From Polyangiales bacterium (GTDB taxonomy: Bacteria; Myxococcota_A; Polyangia; Polyangiales; Polyangiaceae): 64,000 nt of DNA. Below are positions 61,049 through 64,000 of the stretch, piece after piece. The notes under the pieces are model-generated. The model made no database searches, had not been told where the DNA came from, and saw only the letters and a list, made by a program, of their open reading frames with translations. A program made the position numbers and the translations under genes. Position 1 is the stretch's first letter. Every line of letters begins with the position of its first letter. The DNA is taken from NCBI GenBank assembly GCA_038231275.1, contig JBBRLQ010000008.1:192001-256000 (forward strand), read 5' to 3'.

Positions 61049-62788
61049 TCAGTTGGCGAGGGTGACGATTGCCGATTTTAGGTGTGATTCCGAGCCTATG
61101 CCGGGCGGGAAATCGAGGGGGTCGGCGGTATCTTTAACGCTCGCGACCTCTTTTTTGGCGAGGCGCGCGGCGTCGAAGAGCATCTTCCGGAAGCGGCCCT
61201 TCGAGATTCCGCGGTGGTTGGTGCACGCGAGGAGCTTGCCGCCCGGGCGCAGGATGCCGAGCGCCAGCGCGGCGAGCTCGGCGTAGTCCTGGTCGGCGAC
61301 GAAGCGGCGTCTTTTGGTCGACGAGTAGCTCGGCGGATCGAGGAGGACGAGATCGTGCCGCTTCTGCTGCGCCTTGTCCTTCGCGTCTCTTGCCTGGCTC
61401 CCCTCTTTCGCGTGGCGCGCGAGCCACGCGAACGCGTCCTCCGCGACGAAGGTGTGATCGGCGCCGTCGAGGACGCCTGCCTCCCTCATGTTCTCGCGGC
61501 CGCGCTCGAGCGCCGCCACCGACGCGTCGACGCTGATCGTGCGCCACGCGCCGCCGACCGCCGCCGCGACGCTGAACGCGCAGGTGTACGAGAAGAGGTT
61601 CACGACGCTTCCGCCCGCGGCGAGCTCGCGCACGCGACGCCGGTTGGCGCGCTGATCGAGGAAGATGCCGGTCGAGAGGCCATCGCCGAGGCGAACGACG
61701 TAGGGCACCCCTTCCTCGTGAACGACGAGCGGATCGGCCGCCGGAGCGCCGCGGACGGGCTCCTTCGGCGCGAGATCCTCACGCCGCGTGTCGACGAGCG
61801 TGTTCGCTTGTTTGGGCCGCACCTTCAAGTACACGCCGTCGAAGCCGATGGCGAAGAGCGCGTCGAGAACGCGATCGCGACGCGCCGGATCGCGCCACGG
61901 CCCGCTCTCGTCGTCGTAGAGCTGCGCCACGAGGTGATCGCCATACGCGTCGACGGCCAAGTGGGGCAGCGCATCGCCCGCCTCGTTGACGAGGCGAAAC
62001 GCGCTCGTGGCGCGCTCGCCCGCGCCGGCGTGACCCAGGCCGTAGCGCGCACGGGCGGCCTGCGCGAGTGCGCGCGCGAGGGCGGGCGCGTCGTCGTAGA
62101 TGCCCGCGCCGAGATCGCCGTTCGCGAGCCACGCGTCGAGCTCTAGGGGCGTCTTCGCCTTCCACTCGCCCGCCGGCGTGCCCGGAAGCGTCAACGACGA
62201 CGCGTGCAGCATCAGGCGCGACGCCGCCGCGCCTCGGTACATTCGGTCCCCCGCGATCGGCGCGCCGGCGTACGCCAGCTGCACACGTGCCTGGTGAGTG
62301 CGCCCCGTCTCGAGCACCACCTCGATCATCGTTCGATCCGCGCTCGGCGCCCGCGCCAGGACCTTCACGTGCGAGACGGCTTCGAGGCCTCCCCTCTCCT
62401 TTGGCCCTGCCACGCGCATTCGGCCGTGCTCGCCCGGGAGAAGACGATCGCGCAAGGTCGCCTGCGCCTTCTTCGCGGGCCACCCCGTCACGCAGGCGAC
62501 GTAGCGCTTCTCGACGGTGCGACCCTCGAACGCGGCCGCGATCGCCGCGTTCGCCTCTTTGCGCGCCGTGAGGAGGAGCACGCCGCTCGTGTCGCGGTCG
62601 AGGCGCTGGTGAACGCCGAGGTACGCGCGCGGCGACTCGGCGCGGAGGCGCGTCACCACGTCGTCGGGGCGGTCTGGATCGGCGGCCTGCGTAGAGATGC
62701 CGGTCGGCTTGTCGATGACGACGACGTCCGCGTCCTCGTGCAGGATCCACGCGGCGGGGAAATGCGGGAAGGCGATCCTGCGGTCCAC
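61049..62788 (-). CDS. fusion of RluA-family pseudouridine synthase and RlmI/RlmK-like SAM methyltransferase
   Basis: IDKPTG, HQRLDRDTSG, TGRTHQ, MLHA; then FRLVNEAGD, TGIFLDQR, NLFSYT, LDPPSY. Confidence 0.92.
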   Translation of the reverse strand: MDRRIAFPHFPAAWILHEDADVVVIDKPTGISTQAADPDRPDDVVTRLRAESPRAYLGVHQRLDRDTSGVLLLTARKEANAAIAAAFEGRTVEKRYVACVTGWPAKKAQATLRDRLLPGEHGRMRVAGPKERGGLEAVSHVKVLARAPSADRTMIEVVLETGRTHQARVQLAYAGAPIAGDRMYRGAAASRLMLHASSLTLPGTPAGEWKAKTPLELDAWLANGDLGAGIYDDAPALARALAQAARARYGLGHAGAGERATSAFRLVNEAGDALPHLAVDAYGDHLVAQLYDDESGPWRDPARRDRVLDALFAIGFDGVYLKVRPKQANTLVDTRREDLAPKEPVRGAPAADPLVVHEEGVPYVVRLGDGLSTGIFLDQRANRRRVRELAAGGSVVNLFSYTCAFSVAAAVGGAWRTISVDASVAALERGRENMREAGVLDGADHTFVAEDAFAWLARHAKEGSQARDAKDKAQQKRHDLVLLDPPSYSSTKRRRFVADQDYAELAALALGILRPGGKLLACTNHRGISKGRFRKMLFDAARLAKKEVASVKDTADPLDFPPGIGSESHLKSAIVTLAN

Positions 62789-62840
62789 GCCGCGCTGTCT
62801 ACCACACTGGAGCAGAAGTCTCGCGGGGGCTCGAGGACGA

Positions 62841-63593
62841 TCAGCCGCCGTCCTTGCATGCGTCCTTGGGGACCGACGCGGTGACCACTGCCGCCGCGCA
62901 GAACGCGAACTTGGTGCCGCACGCGGCGACCGATCCCGCGTCGCCGCCGTCGGCAGGCCCCGCGGAAGCGCACGCCGTGTCCATGCCCGTCACGATCGCG
63001 TCGTTCCACTCCAGCACGAACGTGCCCGCGCCGGGTCCCCCGTCGGGCTTCGCGTAGAAATCGGCCACGCACGCCGTCACGCCCGCGTCGTCACCGACGC
63101 ACTGGGTGCAGACGTCGGTGCGCACCTTGTCCTGCGCGGCGGTCGGCGTGGCGGACGCGAGTCGGTCGCGGACGCACCGATCGAGCGCCGTCCCGTTGTC
63201 GCGCACGCAGGCGATCTTTCCCAAGCAGTCGACGAGGCCCACGCGTCCCGCCTTGCTGTACGCCGCCGAGACCTTCTCGCACTTGGCGAAGTTGTCCAGA
63301 TCGCACCCCTGGAGCTGCGGGCTGCACCGACCGCAGTACGCGACGAGCGCCTTGCAGTACGCGTCGGCGCCGGCGTAGGCCGGGCATGCGAGCGCTGCGT
63401 CGCTCGCGGCTTCGGGCGAGCCTCCGTCGTTCGCGATGGCGTCGGGCGCCGCGTCCACGTCGCCCCCCTCTGCTCCGCCGTCTCCATCAGCCCCCTTGAA
63501 GTTGATCGAGTCGTCGCCGCTGCACCCGCCGTAGGCCAGCGAGGCGGCCGCGATCGGGAAGACGAGAAGTGAGAAGCGCCACGCGTACGACAT
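62841..63593 (-). CDS. Cys-rich hypothetical lipoprotein
   Basis: AYGGC lipobox-like, acidic linker, many cysteines. Confidence 0.75.
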   Translation of the reverse strand: MSYAWRFSLLVFPIAAASLAYGGCSGDDSINFKGADGDGGAEGGDVDAAPDAIANDGGSPEAASDAALACPAYAGADAYCKALVAYCGRCSPQLQGCDLDNFAKCEKVSAAYSKAGRVGLVDCLGKIACVRDNGTALDRCVRDRLASATPTAAQDKVRTDVCTQCVGDDAGVTACVADFYAKPDGGPGAGTFVLEWNDAIVTGMDTACASAGPADGGDAGSVAACGTKFAFCAAAVVTASVPKDACKDGG

Positions 63594-63746
63594 GGGGAGG
63601 ACCTCCGAACGGTGGAAACTACATCTTTCGTACCACCCGCCTCGCCGGTGTTTTCCCGACGGATCGAGGCTACGAAGACGCGCGTTCACGATCGCGGCGT
63701 GACGGCTCCGTCATGAACGAAGAGTCGTCCCTGGACGCGTCGGTGT

Positions 63747-63998
63747 TCACCCCGGCTCGAGACCGGAGTCCTTCGGCGCTTCGGTCGCGGCGATCTCGTG
63801 CCCACTCAACCGCGACACCGCCCGCGTGAGCTCCCGATCGCTGTCGGCATCGTGCGCGCGCTCGAGCCGGTCGAGCCCGCGCTTGTGGAGGACGATCGTC
63901 GCCTCCTCGAGCACGAGCCCCTCGCCGGTGCGCACGCGCACCCGCACCGGCACGCGGTAGCAGCGCGGCGCGTTGGTGAAGCGGACGCGGCGCGTGGC
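63747..63998 (-). CDS. C-terminal part of a hypothetical protein (5' end outside the window)
   Basis: Frame open to the window edge: ATRRVRFTNAPRCYRVPVRV...EEATIVLHKRGLDRLE. Confidence 0.6.
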   Translation of the reverse strand, partial: ATRRVRFTNAPRCYRVPVRVRVRTGEGLVLEEATIVLHKRGLDRLERAHDADSDRELTRAVSRLSGHEIAATEAPKDSGLEPG

Positions 63999-64000
63999 GA

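Overview
Very GC-rich, gene-dense 64 kb chromosomal segment. Gene content suggests a myxobacterium (Myxococcota, probably Polyangiales/Sorangiineae): five eukaryote-like protein kinases, many Cys-rich lipoproteins and a TPR/PEGA-like module. This assignment is inferred. Housekeeping loci are lptA-lptB-rpoN-hpf-ptsN-hprK-rapZ-ptsH-ptsI and rpsO-pnp. DNA-repair genes are imuA-imuB with a LexA-type box at the start codon, an XPB/Rad25-like helicase overlapping a DUF790 (Bax1-like) nuclease, and a YcaQ/AlkZ-like glycosylase. Peptide and amino-acid scavenging genes are also present. I recognised no rRNA, tRNA, CRISPR array or transposase. Most notable observations: (1) a ~105-115 nt multi-hairpin element in two distant 3' UTRs with compensatory base changes, plus a second related short repeat family; (2) a 5'-nucleotidase / OB-fold lipoprotein / outer-membrane barrel operon behind a perfect 19-bp inverted repeat, a candidate nucleic-acid scavenging system; (3) a POT transporter with a ~165-aa insertion where metazoan PepT1 has its extracellular domain; (4) an RluA-RlmI/K fusion; (5) a kinase with a tyrosine-kinase-like HRDLAPRN loop; (6) a TPR-dynamin gene directly ahead of lptAB-rpoN; (7) a sigma-54 promoter upstream of rpoN itself. 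All assignments come from motif recognition by eye, no database searches were run, and start codons are best estimates.
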